Positions 48,119 to 59,916 of a stretch of DNA of 64,000 nucleotides are shown here, piece by piece (within the stretch, counting starts at the first letter, position 1; each line of letters begins with the position of its first letter). The DNA is from Octopus vulgaris. Its lineage: Eukaryota. A program made the position numbers and the translations under genes. The notes under the pieces are model-generated. The model was not told the DNA's origin. It saw only the letters and a list, made by a program, of their open reading frames with translations, and made no database searches. The stretch is taken from contig OX597837.1 of assembly GCA_951406725.2 (NCBI GenBank), forward strand, positions 5,270,001 through 5,334,000. Reading direction: 5' to 3'.

Positions 48119-48990
48119 CAGTGATGCCTCTTTTATCACGGTAGATTTGTTCCGCGGCCGGCCGCGATAACTGAATTTCCGCGAAGTAGGGACACCATAT
48201 TTACAGTATTTATTTAACGTGTATTTGGACTTTTAAAACCCTCCTTGCACTGTTAACAACCCACCCATTACAGGACAACTGTTAAGTAATAACACTTAGA
48301 TTTAAAAAAATAAAGATTGTTACTGTTACACAAGCCAGATTACAAAGTAGGAAGCTGTGATTCGTCGTATCTCTCCATTGCATCAATCACAGCCCGTCTT
48401 GAGTGCAAACACCCCTGTATATGCTTTTTCGTTATTTTACGCTTGTTTTGTTGTTCCTAGACTAGGAAATAATATTTATTAATAAAAGTTTAATGGATTT
48501 AATGAAAAATTTTAGGCGTTCATATATATTTCATTTTTGGATTTGGTTTGGAAGATTCTTTATAAGAGTTCGAGTGTTGAAGAATATTCTATCGTGTCTG
48601 GGGAGAGTCGTTTTGTTTTTGTGCCTAATAATGTAAAATTTCCACTTATTTCTTATTTTTATTTTCCTAAAATTTTCGTTGCGTCTTGCACCCTTTTCAA
48701 TAGTCAAGGCACAAAAAGAAAATGACTCTCCCCAGACACAACAGAATATGCTTCAACACACGAACTCATATAATTTTCATTGCGTTTTGAAATGGTTGCA
48801 AGACGCAACGAAAATTTTAGGAAGATAAAAATAAGAAATAAGTGGAAATTTTGCCGGTGAGTGTGTTAAATTATAAGGCACAAAAAGAAAATGACTCTGC
48901 CCAGACACAACGTTCATATATATACATTTTTAAAATTCGCGAAGTCGTGAATCCGCGATAGTTGAACCGCGAAGTAGCGAGGTATCACTG
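48119..48990. mobile_element. pogo/Tigger-like non-autonomous DNA transposon with a nested insertion
   Basis: TA|CAGTGATGCCTC ... GAGGTATCACTG|TA: imperfect terminal inverted repeats, TA duplication, subterminal ccgcga repeats. Confidence 0.8.
48536..48912. mobile_element. Inverted-repeat insertion (Penelope-like termini) inside the pogo-like element
   Basis: 48595-48700 is the reverse complement of 48787-48908; flanked by near-direct repeats cgttcatatatat(tt/a)catttt at about 48517 and 48911. Confidence 0.65.
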
Positions 48991-49598
48991 TACACGTAAC
49001 GACATGTATCGACTTTAGAAACAAAAGTATATTCACAACGTTATGCGTCAAGTGATGGGGTAACGCTGTAGTCTATAATGATATGCGGCAAACATATGAA
49101 AGCTTGTTTGCTACATCAACGCTTCAAACTGACTCTTTCATTTCCAAACTGTTGGCAACTGAACTGTTAAGAATCACACATCAATTGATAAATAAAATTA
49201 AAATGAACAGAACACAAAAAAAAAAAAAAAGAATTCCTTTTTTGCAAATTCCATTCTCAGTCTTTTACAATTGCGAAACATTGTCTCATACATTCCGACC
49301 GCCAGATTAAGTTTCCGTAATGAGAAAATTGCATTAGGTTTTCTTAGAAGTCGAAATACATGTTTTAAGTTTATTGTGTCAATGAAATGGACTGAAAATA
49401 TTGTCGTTATATTTCGTTCTTTGAACATCACAATGGAAAACGTTACCATTTCTTTTGATTAGAACAAAGTAACAATTTTCGTATCTGAGTTGTTGCAATT
49501 GTTCTTGCTGGCGCTGTTGTTGTTGTTGTTTAAACCAAACGTGTAAGTTTTGATACAGTAGACCTATTATCAAAAGCATTCCAACTGTGAACATCCCG

Positions 49599-49677
<79 letters not shown>

Positions 49678-49697
49678 ATTATTATTATTGTTATTGT

Positions 49698-49772
<75 letters not shown>

Positions 49773-49842
49773 GTTATTGTTATTGTTGTTGTTATTATTA
49801 TTATTATTATTATTATAATTATAATTATTATTATTATTATTA

Positions 49843-49931
<89 letters not shown>

Positions 49932-49949
49932 ATGATAACAACAACACTG

Positions 49950-50092
49950 AAAAATACTATAGGAATGAGAACCCAGGTTCGAAATTTCCCCAAGACACCT
50001 GATGAAGACTGGAAGGTAAGTCAGTCGAAATGTTGTGTTAACAACAAACAAGATGAAGACAAATATCCGTCAATTGTAAATAATGTAAATAA
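49950..50092 (+). mobile_element. Second copy of the hammerhead-bearing Penelope-like fragment
   Basis: Matches the reverse complement of 3118-3278. Confidence 0.7.
49994..50039 (+). ncRNA. Minimal type I hammerhead motif (CUGAUGA core; stem III palindrome decayed)
   Basis: gacac CTGATGA a gactg gaaggtaagt cagtc GAAA tgtt gtgtt. Confidence 0.6.
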
Positions 50093-50269
50093 TATGTGTG
50101 TATATGTATATATATGTATGTATATATATATATATATATATATACTTTATTTAAAGCAGTAGAAAATTCAACAATTTTCTGCTGCTTTAAATAAAGCATA
50201 TTACTCTACCACTGGTATTTGAGTACTCTTTTTTCCATCTATCTTGTTTCACATTTATGTGTTTACACC

Positions 50270-50317
<48 letters not shown>

Positions 50318-50318
<1 letters not shown>

Positions 50319-50711
50319 TAGCAGTATCGCCCGGCGTTGCTCGGGTTTGTAAGGGAAATAATTATATAAGCATTTTTAGAGATGTAAAGTATAATAGCCA
50401 TCTCAATATGGCTAACCACAAAGGGGGAGGGTGTTACTGTAGCTTTTTACGTTCTGAGATTTAATAATAAATTTTAGAGAGTTACTTCCCTTATATATGT
50501 CAAAAATGGATTAAAAATGGGAAAAATTGATGGTAATTTTTTTTTAAAATCGTAGACTCATCGTAGACGCGCGCTAATACCCAGACGGTCTCGATATGAA
50601 TCACGACTATAAGATACCCGGTTTTGGTTAAACTGCACCGCAAAATGTGGGAGTAGTTAGGAATCTAAATCGTAGGAGACAGACACACAACCTCACTTTT
50701 ATATATAAAGA
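50318..50711 (-). mobile_element. Complete non-autonomous Helitron
   Basis: Minus strand A|TCTTTATATATAAAAG ... hairpin cccg-agcaacgc-cggg ... CTAG|T; inserted between A and T with no duplication. Confidence 0.85.
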
Positions 50712-50884
50712 TTTCCTCTATTTACATAATATTGAGGTCTCTTTCTTTCTTTTGTTATCTTACTGTTTTTACCAATATACATATATATATATATATAAAT
50801 ATATATATAGTTACAGAGATGTACTTGCATAGCAAGTGACTTGATCTGAGATCGTGTGCTGGAAAGAAAACAGTTGCAGCGTTG

Positions 50885-51121
50885 AAGGTGTTTATAAGCC
50901 ATTTAAGAAACACACAAAAACCGTTAGATTCACTTCAACATTTAAATTTAATTTGTCAAAATATTTTCGTCGCTTTGAGACCGCGACCTGTTAGCACGAT
51001 ATTTTTGTCAGTGAACAGGTCGCGGTCTCAAAGCGACGAAAATATTTTGGCAAATTAAATTTAAATGTTGAAGTGAATGTAACGGTTTTTGTGTGTTTCT
51101 TAAATGGCTTAGAAACACCTT
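50885..51121. repeat. Near-perfect inverted repeat, arms of about 105 bp with a spacer of about 20 nt
   Basis: aaggtgtttataagccatttaagaaacac...ccgcgacctgtt versus aacaggtcgcgg...gtgtttcttaaatggcttagaaacacctt; only a few mismatches. Confidence 0.92.
51005..51053 (+). ncRNA. Minimal type I hammerhead-like motif with a G3-C8 swapped core
   Basis: ttgtca GTGAACA g gtcgc ggtctcaaa gcgac GAAA atattt tggcaa: 6-bp stem I, 5-bp stem II, palindrome AAATATTT. Confidence 0.55.
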
Positions 51122-51214
51122 CCAGGTTGCAATATATATATACACACATATATATATATATGTATGTATGTATGTATGTGTGTATATGTGTATGCATGTA
51201 TGTGTGTGTGTGTG

Positions 51215-51432
51215 CGTGTCTGTGCTTGTGATTGTCCTCCACCACTGCTTGACAACGAATGTTGGTTTGTTTACATCCCTGTCACCTAGTGGTTTAACAA
51301 AGGAAACGGATAGAATAAGTACAATGCTTACAAAAATAAAACTGGAGTTGATTCATTAAACTACAATTCTTCAAGGCATTGCCCCAGCATGGCCACAGAC
51401 CAATGGCTGGAAAAAGCAGAAGAATAAAAGAA
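51215..51432 (+). mobile_element. SINE family B, 3' half
   Basis: gcttgacaacgaatgttggtttgtttacatccc...gatagaataagtac...gccccagcatggccacag. Confidence 0.75.
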
Positions 51433-51499
51433 GACATTCTCTGCTTTGGTCTTATGTTCAAGGCATGAGAAAGCTTGAGTTTACATGAGAAGGCCTAAC

Positions 51500-51980
51500 A
51501 GACCTGGTAGAAACAGCAGCCAAATCTCCCTCAAATCACACCTTACTGTCTTATGTATGTATATATATATGAGCCAATGAGGGGGACCTCTACATGGTAG
51601 CTAGACCTGGTAGAAATAGCAGCCAAATTTCCCCCAAATCACACCTTACTGTCTTATCTATGTATATATGTATGTATGAGCCTATGAGGGAGACCCCTAC
51701 ATGGCAGCTAGACCTGGTAGAAATAGCAGCCAAATTTCCCCCAAATCACACCTTACTGTCTTATCTATGTATATATGTATGTATGAGCCTATGAGGGAGA
51801 CCCCTACATGGCAGCTAGACCTGGTAGAAATAGCAGCCAAATTTCCCCCAAATCACACCTTACTGTCTTATCTATGTATATATGTATGTATGAGCCTATG
51901 AGGGAGACCCCTACATGGCAGCTAGACATGGTAGAAATAGCAGCCAAATCTCCCTCAAATCACACCTTACTGTCTTATCT
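51500..51980. repeat. 107-bp tandem repeat, about 4.5 units
   Basis: The unit agacctggtagaaatagcagccaaatttcccccaaatcacaccttactgtcttatctatg... recurs; ORF starts at 51594, 51701, 51808 and 51915 show the period. Confidence 0.95.
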
Positions 51981-52206
51981 TTCTGCTACTTGGATATAGG
52001 TGTTATATTCGTCGTAAAAAACTTTCCTGTCACACACTCACGCACACGCACACACACACACGCACCCTCACACACACACACACACGCGCACACCCACACA
52101 CACCCACTCACACACACACACACACGTTAGCTTACAATTTTATTTATATATTTGCGTGTCTATGTGTTGAAAGAGGAAGTGGGAGGCAGAGTGAAAGAAT
52201 CACTCA

Positions 52207-52488
52207 CTACAGTAAGTCAATTACTTTCATTTTATTCGTTGCCCACTGTGTGTGTGCGTTTGCGTGTGCTGTAAACCATACTAATAAAAGCATTTGAAAC
52301 ACACACCAGAATGTGAGTTTTCTGTAAATTTTGCTTAATTGGAGTTTAAATTTTAAAAACTGGACCTTGCATGACGCGATGCATTGTACTCTTAAAAATT
52401 CTAGGTAAATTGTAATTGAAGAAATCCTATATTGTAGATTTGTATAACTCCCAAAGGGAGGCAGATAAAATCTGCCTTTTATAATAAG

Positions 52489-52490
<2 letters not shown>
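52207..52490 (-). mobile_element. Probable Helitron 5' fragment
   Basis: Minus strand begins A|TCTTATTATAAAAggcagattttatctgcc, like the 5' end at 50711; no 3' CTAG end seen. Confidence 0.45.
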
Positions 52491-52522
<32 letters not shown>

Positions 52523-52567
52523 TCATGTATATATATATATATACATACATACGTACTTATATATATA

Positions 52568-52957
52568 GGCGCAGGACTGGCTGCATTGTAAGTAGCTTGC
52601 TTACCAACCACATGGTATCGGGTACATTCCCACTGCGAGGCACCTTGGGTAAGTGTCTTCTACTATATCCTTCAGCCGACCAAAGGCTTGTGAGTTGATT
52701 TGGTAGACGGAAACTGAAAGAAGCCTGTCTTATATATGTATATATGTATGTGTGTGTGCACATATATGTTTGTGTGTCTGTGTTTGTCCCCCCAACATCA
52801 CTTGACAACCGATGGTGGTGTATTTACGTCCCCGTAACTTAGCGGTTCGGCAAAAGAGACAGATAGAATAAGTACTAGGCTTATAAAGAATAGGTCATGG
52901 GGTCGGTGGGCCAGCATGGCTGCAGTCAAATGACTGAAACAAGTAAATGAGTAAAGA

Positions 52958-52960
<3 letters not shown>
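52568..52960 (+). mobile_element. SINE family B, full length
   Basis: ggcgcaggactggctg...ggcaccttgggtaagtgtcttctacta...internal (TG)n...cagcatggctgcagtcaaatgactgaaacaagtaaa. Confidence 0.9.
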
Positions 52961-53011
<51 letters not shown>

Positions 53012-53336
53012 GTTTATATATATTTATGTATATACACACGCATACATATATTGCATGTATGCGGTTCTAAGATGTCTTGGTACAAGCAGTTAATTAGTAT
53101 CAAGCACGTTCACTGCTTGTATCGATGTCATGAAACAGATGATAGACGATCAACAAACTTTATTAATTAACATGCGTTATACACTTCGTCCCATATCGAA
53201 TCTGATGGAAATTTCGATAAGGTGACTGCAACCAGCAATTAAACCAATGCTGCTAATTTTGCCGGCGCGTTAATTAGGGAGCGTGGATTTACCTTCTCCA
53301 TTTCCTACACCTATCAATTTACATTATCTAATTAAA

Positions 53337-53478
53337 TGCGTGGCTGTGTGGTATGATGCTTGCTCCCAACCAAATGGTTCCGGGTTCAGTCTCACTGCGT
53401 GGCACCTTGGGCAAGTGCCTTGGACCGATCAAAGTCTTGTGAGTGGATTTGACAAATGGAAACTGAAAGAGGTCCGTC

Positions 53479-53553
<75 letters not shown>

Positions 53554-53914
53554 TATAATATATATAATAAATAATAAATATTAGGAATAAACAAATTACA
53601 GGAAAAAAATCAGATTTAGGATTAAGTCCACCTAGTAAAATATTATAAAATATTATTAGGACAAAAACTATTTTGAAAGTGGCGACTTAATCAATACATA
53701 AAATTTAAATTTCAACTTTTTATTCGAAAATCTTATGGTATTCATTAAGTCAGTTTCAAATTATGAAGTTTCATTTTGCAAACTGACTTATTGGTCCACC
53801 TGAAGATTGTCGATCAAGACAAGAAAATATTGTATATATATATGATATTTATTATATGTTTATGTATTGATATATATATGTTTGTTATGAAGATAGTAGT
53901 TTTGTCTCTAATAA

Positions 53915-53966
<52 letters not shown>

Positions 53967-54119
53967 ATTTTATTTGTTAGGGAATGAAAATTCCGGCATA
54001 ACAGGGGTTAAAATTATTCTCAATGAGGAAATATATCTTTTCATTTAGAGATTGTAGGCCCCTTCATTCCACCATATTTTAATTTAAATACTTACTATTT
54101 ATATCTAGGCTACAAGTGT

Positions 54120-54176
<57 letters not shown>

Positions 54177-54222
54177 CGCACAAAAACATGCATACACACA
54201 CACATATGTATACGTGTGTGTG

Positions 54223-54260
<38 letters not shown>

Positions 54261-54440
54261 TTGCGTGTCTTTGTTTCTACCCCCCGCTTCACAACCGATC
54301 TTGGTGTGCTTACGTCACCATAACTTAGCGGTTCGGCAAAAGTAACCGATAGAATAAGTACTAAGCTTACAAAGAATAAGTCCTTGGGTCGATTTGATCG
54401 ACTAAAAAGGCGGTGCTCCAAAATGACCGCAGTCAAATGG
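53337..54440 (+). mobile_element. SINE family B split by insertions into its internal (TA)n (5' half 53337-53480, 3' half 54262-54440)
   Basis: The two halves are collinear with 52568-52960 and are separated by (TA)n tracts and AT-rich inserts. Confidence 0.75.
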
Positions 54441-54594
54441 GCGCAGATCGTGTCGTATAGCCAGCTGGAGACGATGTCTACTGGGGCTAAATTACAGCAA
54501 CGTTCGTCCTAAACCAGGACTGCCATGTTATGTTGGCAAATAATCTTTACTAGAAAATACTGTTGCTGAATATCTCTCTTTGTGAGATTTACAA

Positions 54595-54972
54595 ACTCTT
54601 TTACTCTTTTACTTGTTTCAGTCATTTGACTGCGGCCATGCTGGAGCACCGCCTTTAGTCGAGCAAATCGACCCCGGGACTTATTCTTTGTAAGCCTAGT
54701 ACTTATTCTATCGGTCTCTTTTGCCGAACCGCTAAGTGACGGGGAAGTAAACACACCAGCATCGGTTGTCAAGCAATGCTAGAGGGACAAACACAGACAC
54801 ACACATACATATATATATATACACATATAGGAGAGGTTTCTTTCAGTTTCCGACTACCAAATCCACTCACAAGGCTTTGGTCGGCCCGTGGCTATAGTAG
54901 AAGAGACTTGCCCAAGATACGCAGTGGGACTGAACCCGGAACCATGTGGCTTGTTAGCAAGTTACTTACCAC
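54595..54972 (-). mobile_element. SINE family B, near full length and little diverged
   Basis: ctcttttacttgtttcagtcatttgactgcggccatgctggagcaccgcc...gggactgaacccggaaccatgtgg. Confidence 0.92.
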
Positions 54973-55580
54973 GGACATTATCTTTAACAGCAAAATCTTA
55001 ACTAGATCCCCAGAATCATGCGGACCCGGGTTAACAACCACAGTTCTAGATAGAAACAGAACTATAATTGAAGATTAAAAAACAGAAGAAAAAAAACAAC
55101 AGAAATACACGCAAGTTACTGATCACGTGATCTCTTAAACTTCGAGCTTCGTTAACGTACAACAATTCCCGTTCCCGAAGCAAGACCAGGTATGTTTACT
55201 CAGACATATGCATAATGCATTATGTGTAGACGGACACTCACGCACATACATACTATATCATTTATTGATCGGATGGTGACAAATTACCTTGTTTTTTTTT
55301 TATTTCCCTCCCCATCTGCCTCACATGCGTAACGTTGAATCTCTAAATCTCTTCAGGGAATCTGTATAAATATTTTTTCTTAAATTTCTTCAACAAGACA
55401 AATCGTTTTTCTTTGTGATTTTTTCTTTATTATTTTATTTCTGTATTTTCTTTGTTATTTTGTCCACACCCCTCTCTCTCTAGCGTGCTCTATTGTTTGA
55501 AATAAACTACCAAACTACTAAACTACCAATATACTAAATGATAGAACCACGTTACAGTTGGCAGATTGGCTTTAATTCCA

Positions 55581-55915
55581 GGCGTGGCTGTGTGGTAAGA
55601 AGTTCGCTTCTCGACCACATGGTTTTGGGTTCAGTCCCACTGCGGAAAACAGTCTTCTACTATAGACTCGGGCCGACCAAATCTTTGTGAGTGGACTTCA
55701 GACATGGAAACTGAAAGAAGCCCGTCGCATATGTTTGTATGTATGTGTGTATATATGTATGTATGTGTGTGTGTGTGTGTGTGCGTGTATGTATGTATGT
55801 ATGTGCGTGTATGTTTGTGTTTGCTCCTACCACCTCTTGACAACCGGTGTTGGCTTGTTTACTTCCTCGTAACTTAGCAGGTGGACATAAAAGATCGAAT
55901 AAGTATCAGGCTTTA
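55581..55915 (+). mobile_element. SINE family B
   Basis: ggcgtggctgtgtggtaagaag...gggttcagtcccactgcg...ggaaactgaaagaagcccgtcg. Confidence 0.85.
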
Positions 55916-55936
55916 AAAAAAGATGAGAACGAGAAT

Positions 55937-55979
<43 letters not shown>

Positions 55980-56191
55980 CAAGTGTTAGTGAGGGGGAGT
56001 GACAGAGAGTGAGAGGGCGCGAGAGAGTAGTAGAGAGTGAAATATATACCTTCAAACACCGCACTTGCTGCACTACATATTTTGATGTGTTGCACCCTAG
56101 AGTGGTATATTCCTTGGTATGCTAAATTCTACAGCAACGGTTACAGTATATGCCTTCATGCGCTGCCCTCTGTTACAATATAAACCTTGAT

Positions 56192-56407
56192 TAAGGCGGC
56201 GAGCTGGCAGAAACGTTAGCACGCCGGGCGCAATACTTAGCTGTGTTTCGTCTGCCGCTACGTTCTGAGTTCAAATTCCGCGGGGGTCGACTTTGCCTTT
56301 CATCCCTTCGGGGTCGATAAATTAAGAACCAGTTGCGTACTGGAGTAGATCTAATCGACTGGCCTCCTCCCCCAAAATTTCGGGCCTTGTGCCTAGAGTA
56401 GAAAAGA
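56192..56407 (+). mobile_element. SINE family A with target-site duplication
   Basis: Full head and core; atata(a/t)accttgat at 56178-56191 and 56408-56421. Confidence 0.9.
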
Positions 56408-57738
56408 ATATATACCTTGATATACAACACCCTACTGCATTGATACTTTGATGTGTTGCACTCCACAGCAGCTATGTATGACTCACATTTTTCCTTCCTT
56501 TTCATTCTACATAGTCCTGAAGATATAATTATCTTGCTAAACCATCATAATTGGCACGCCTCGTTATCTGTGTAATTGTAGATCAGTTTCTAAGGTTGAC
56601 CCCGGGCCAACTAACTAAAACATGCAATGCCCTCACTTTATCATAATCTTGCAGCTGAGGGTAAGTAAAAATAAATATTAAATAAACCAAGTAATGGAAG
56701 ATGCAAATAGAAGCGAGAACCAGAAGTGAACTTTCTGTTTTTGTGTAAACCCAGAGAGAAAAGACTTTGGTCATGAATTAGATGTTATTACGACTTACTT
56801 TTAATTCTAGTTTTGTGTTTTATATCGATACTGATTTGTGATCAGTCATCAGAGCATATCATCTGCTTTAGAGAAAGTGGCGCCACTGTTTTGGCAGTCT
56901 CGACTATCGCATAATAATATTTCTCAGTAGAATTCAATGACCGAGAAAAGAATGTTAATCTAGGAAAAAAATGTCAATGATTGAGTTGTTTAATGTAAAA
57001 GATATACAAGTGTGTATCACAAAGACAATAGAAGCGGTTAGTGGTTCTTTCGAGGTCCTACAGTGTTTTGGAAAATATCCATTTTTCTAACATTTACCAA
57101 AGTAGTATTGTGAGTCGGACATTGGATCTTGATCGGGTCATAGAATATTTGAAGTACTGTAGCCTCGATGGCAGTCCCGGAGGCGTTTGTATTGATGGCA
57201 AACGATACACGTATTTCTAATTTAGTCTCGACACATACCATAATCGCCTTTCTGTCTCACTGATTGCAGTTAGACCTTTTTTTCCCCAGAGAAAACTGAC
57301 GGTTGATTAGACGTTTTCTCCTTTCAGAGAAGCGGAAACACATAAAGAATAATAAACGGATAGATTCGTTATACGAGTTCTTTAACTCGAGTAAAACGTG
57401 ATGATTTAGAATGCATTCTTTACGACTAATTTCATAATACACGATGAACATAGATTCAGAGAGAATTTTACATTAATCTGTATTTAATGTTGTATTAGAT
57501 TTACGAAACAGCTTAATAAAGAATTCAGATAAATTTTTGTTATGTTCTTTGGTATAGCACATACGATAACGTATTCTAAATGAGCGAGTGAACCTTTCGA
57601 TACGAATATTATTGAAATATTGTGCTTCGTTTCGTTTGAAACAAAATATTGCTTTGAGATTGAAACTATTGATAAATTCGTCTGATTTAAGCTTTATCTA
57701 TTGCCAAGCTGAGACAACTTAATCAACAAAATATATTC

Positions 57739-58617
57739 TAAGAAATTAATTTCGTATCTTGTACCATCGCCTTAAGTAGCATGTACCACTGTGTGGTGAA
57801 GCATTGTGACAATGAGGCCTTTCCTCTTTCCGGACAATCAGTCTAGTTTTCGTAGCATATACCATTGTGTCGTGTAGCATTCTGATGACGTGGCATTTGC
57901 TCTTTCGGGATAGGTAGCCAGTTGTAACCCTGCGGTTTAAACAAAAAACTTTTGGTTGTTCTGAAAGCATAAATGCCTCATCAGAATGCTACACTTCACA
58001 GTGATACCTGCTATGAAATTATTGACTGTCTGCCCTGAAAGAGTAAGTGCCTCATTATCAGAATCCTGTACCACCCTTTGGTAAATGCACAAAAACACCC
58101 GACTGCCTCAGAATTCAGCACCACACAATGGTATGTGATACGAAACAACTGACAGTTTTCAAAGTACCAAACCCTTACAATTAGAATACTATACTACATA
58201 GTGGTACTTGCTATGAAATAACTGGCTACCTATTCCGAAAGAACAAATGCCTCGTCATCAGAATGCCACACCACACAATGGTATATGCAACGAAAAAGGC
58301 GGCGAGCTGGCAGAATCATTAGCACGCTGGGCGAAATGTGTAGCCGTATTTCGCCTGCCGTTACGTTCTGAGTTCAAAATTCCGCCGAGGTCGACTTTGC
58401 CTTTCATCCTTTCGGGGTCGATAAATTAAGTACCAGTTACGCACTGGGGTCCATGAAATCGACTTAATCCTCTGTGTTTAGCCCCTTGTGCGTAGTAAAG
58501 AAATAGTTATATGCTACGAAAATTTGACTGAGGAAAGGCCTCATTGTCAGGATGCTTCACCACGCAGTGGTACATGCTACATAAGTTGATGGTACAAGAA
58601 ATGAGATTAATTTCTTA
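57739..58617. mobile_element. Foldback/MITE-like element with long inverted arms built from tandem subrepeats
   Basis: 57739-57925 is the reverse complement of 58219-58296 plus 58520-58617; internal cagaat...cacaatggta...ctacgaaa-type subunits; TA at both ends. Confidence 0.8.
58297..58506 (+). mobile_element. SINE family A inserted in the right arm of the Foldback-like element
   Basis: Full head and core; flanking duplication tatatgc(a/t)acgaaaa. Confidence 0.9.
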
Positions 58618-59212
58618 TCTATCTATCTACCTACCTATCTCTCTCTCTCTCTATCTATCTATTGGTCTATCTAGTAATCTATATATCTTTATATCTATCT
58701 TAAATACTTTACTAGCTATATGACAACTCCATGTGACGTCTTAAAAAAAGAAATTATCAATAAATATATATTTATATAACATCATCTGTCAATTTGAGAA
58801 AATAAACACTAATATTTGTATTTTTTTTATAAACAAGATTATGTTTAGTAGTATTTATTATTTTAATGGTTTTTGTTTATTTTAAAAACTTTTCTAAAAA
58901 ATAACTTTTTTCTGTCTTTGCTAAATTAGGTTTTCACATTTGTCTCGACTCTATTTTTTTTCTACTTCACAAACGTCTACAAATTAGTTCTTGTTCGTCA
59001 AACACTTGTTTACACGCACGCACGCATGCACATCCCACACACACATGTATGTATGTATGTATGTATGTATGTATGTATGTATGTATGTATGTATATACAT
59101 ATCAATATGTTCATATACATGTTTATATAGATGAGTAAATACACACCACACTCACACACACAAGCATATATATGCGTGTATATGAACGTCTACTTATATA
59201 TATTTCAATATT

Positions 59213-59244
<32 letters not shown>

Positions 59245-59253
59245 CATATATAT

Positions 59254-59328
<75 letters not shown>

Positions 59329-59580
59329 TGTGTAAATTGGCATATCTATAAAACCGTAAACAGGAACCTTTGCGTATACTATACCCACAGATAAATGGGA
59401 GAATATATATATATATATTCATGTATATTTATATCTTTATGTATATGTGTATATATATGTGTATGTGTGTGCGTGTGTGCGCACAATAATATGCATGTGT
59501 GTGTTCCTACCAACATACTCGCTGACTGGTACACACACTCACTGATATATAATTCATGCAATTATTCTTTATACACATAC

Positions 59581-59682
<102 letters not shown>

Positions 59683-59866
59683 GATGCATGCGTACATACA
59701 ATAAGTACACTTGGATGCACTAACAACAATTAAAAATCATGTGACCGCAAGAACATTCTCAACGAGCATCTCCGTCAAATGCAGCAGAAAAAACCCCACC
59801 ACAACCACCACCACCACCATCACCATCATATATGTATATATGACAAGACGTGAAGCCTTGAAACCA

Positions 59867-59916
<50 letters not shown>

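Noticed and set aside
51500-51980. CRISPR-like array or repeated small ORFs
   Set aside because: Units repeat over their whole length with no unique spacers; eukaryotic context and no cas genes.
57032-57241. Overlapping open frames of about 60-70 codons on both strands
   Set aside because: No recognisable motif or consistent splice sites; within chance expectation.
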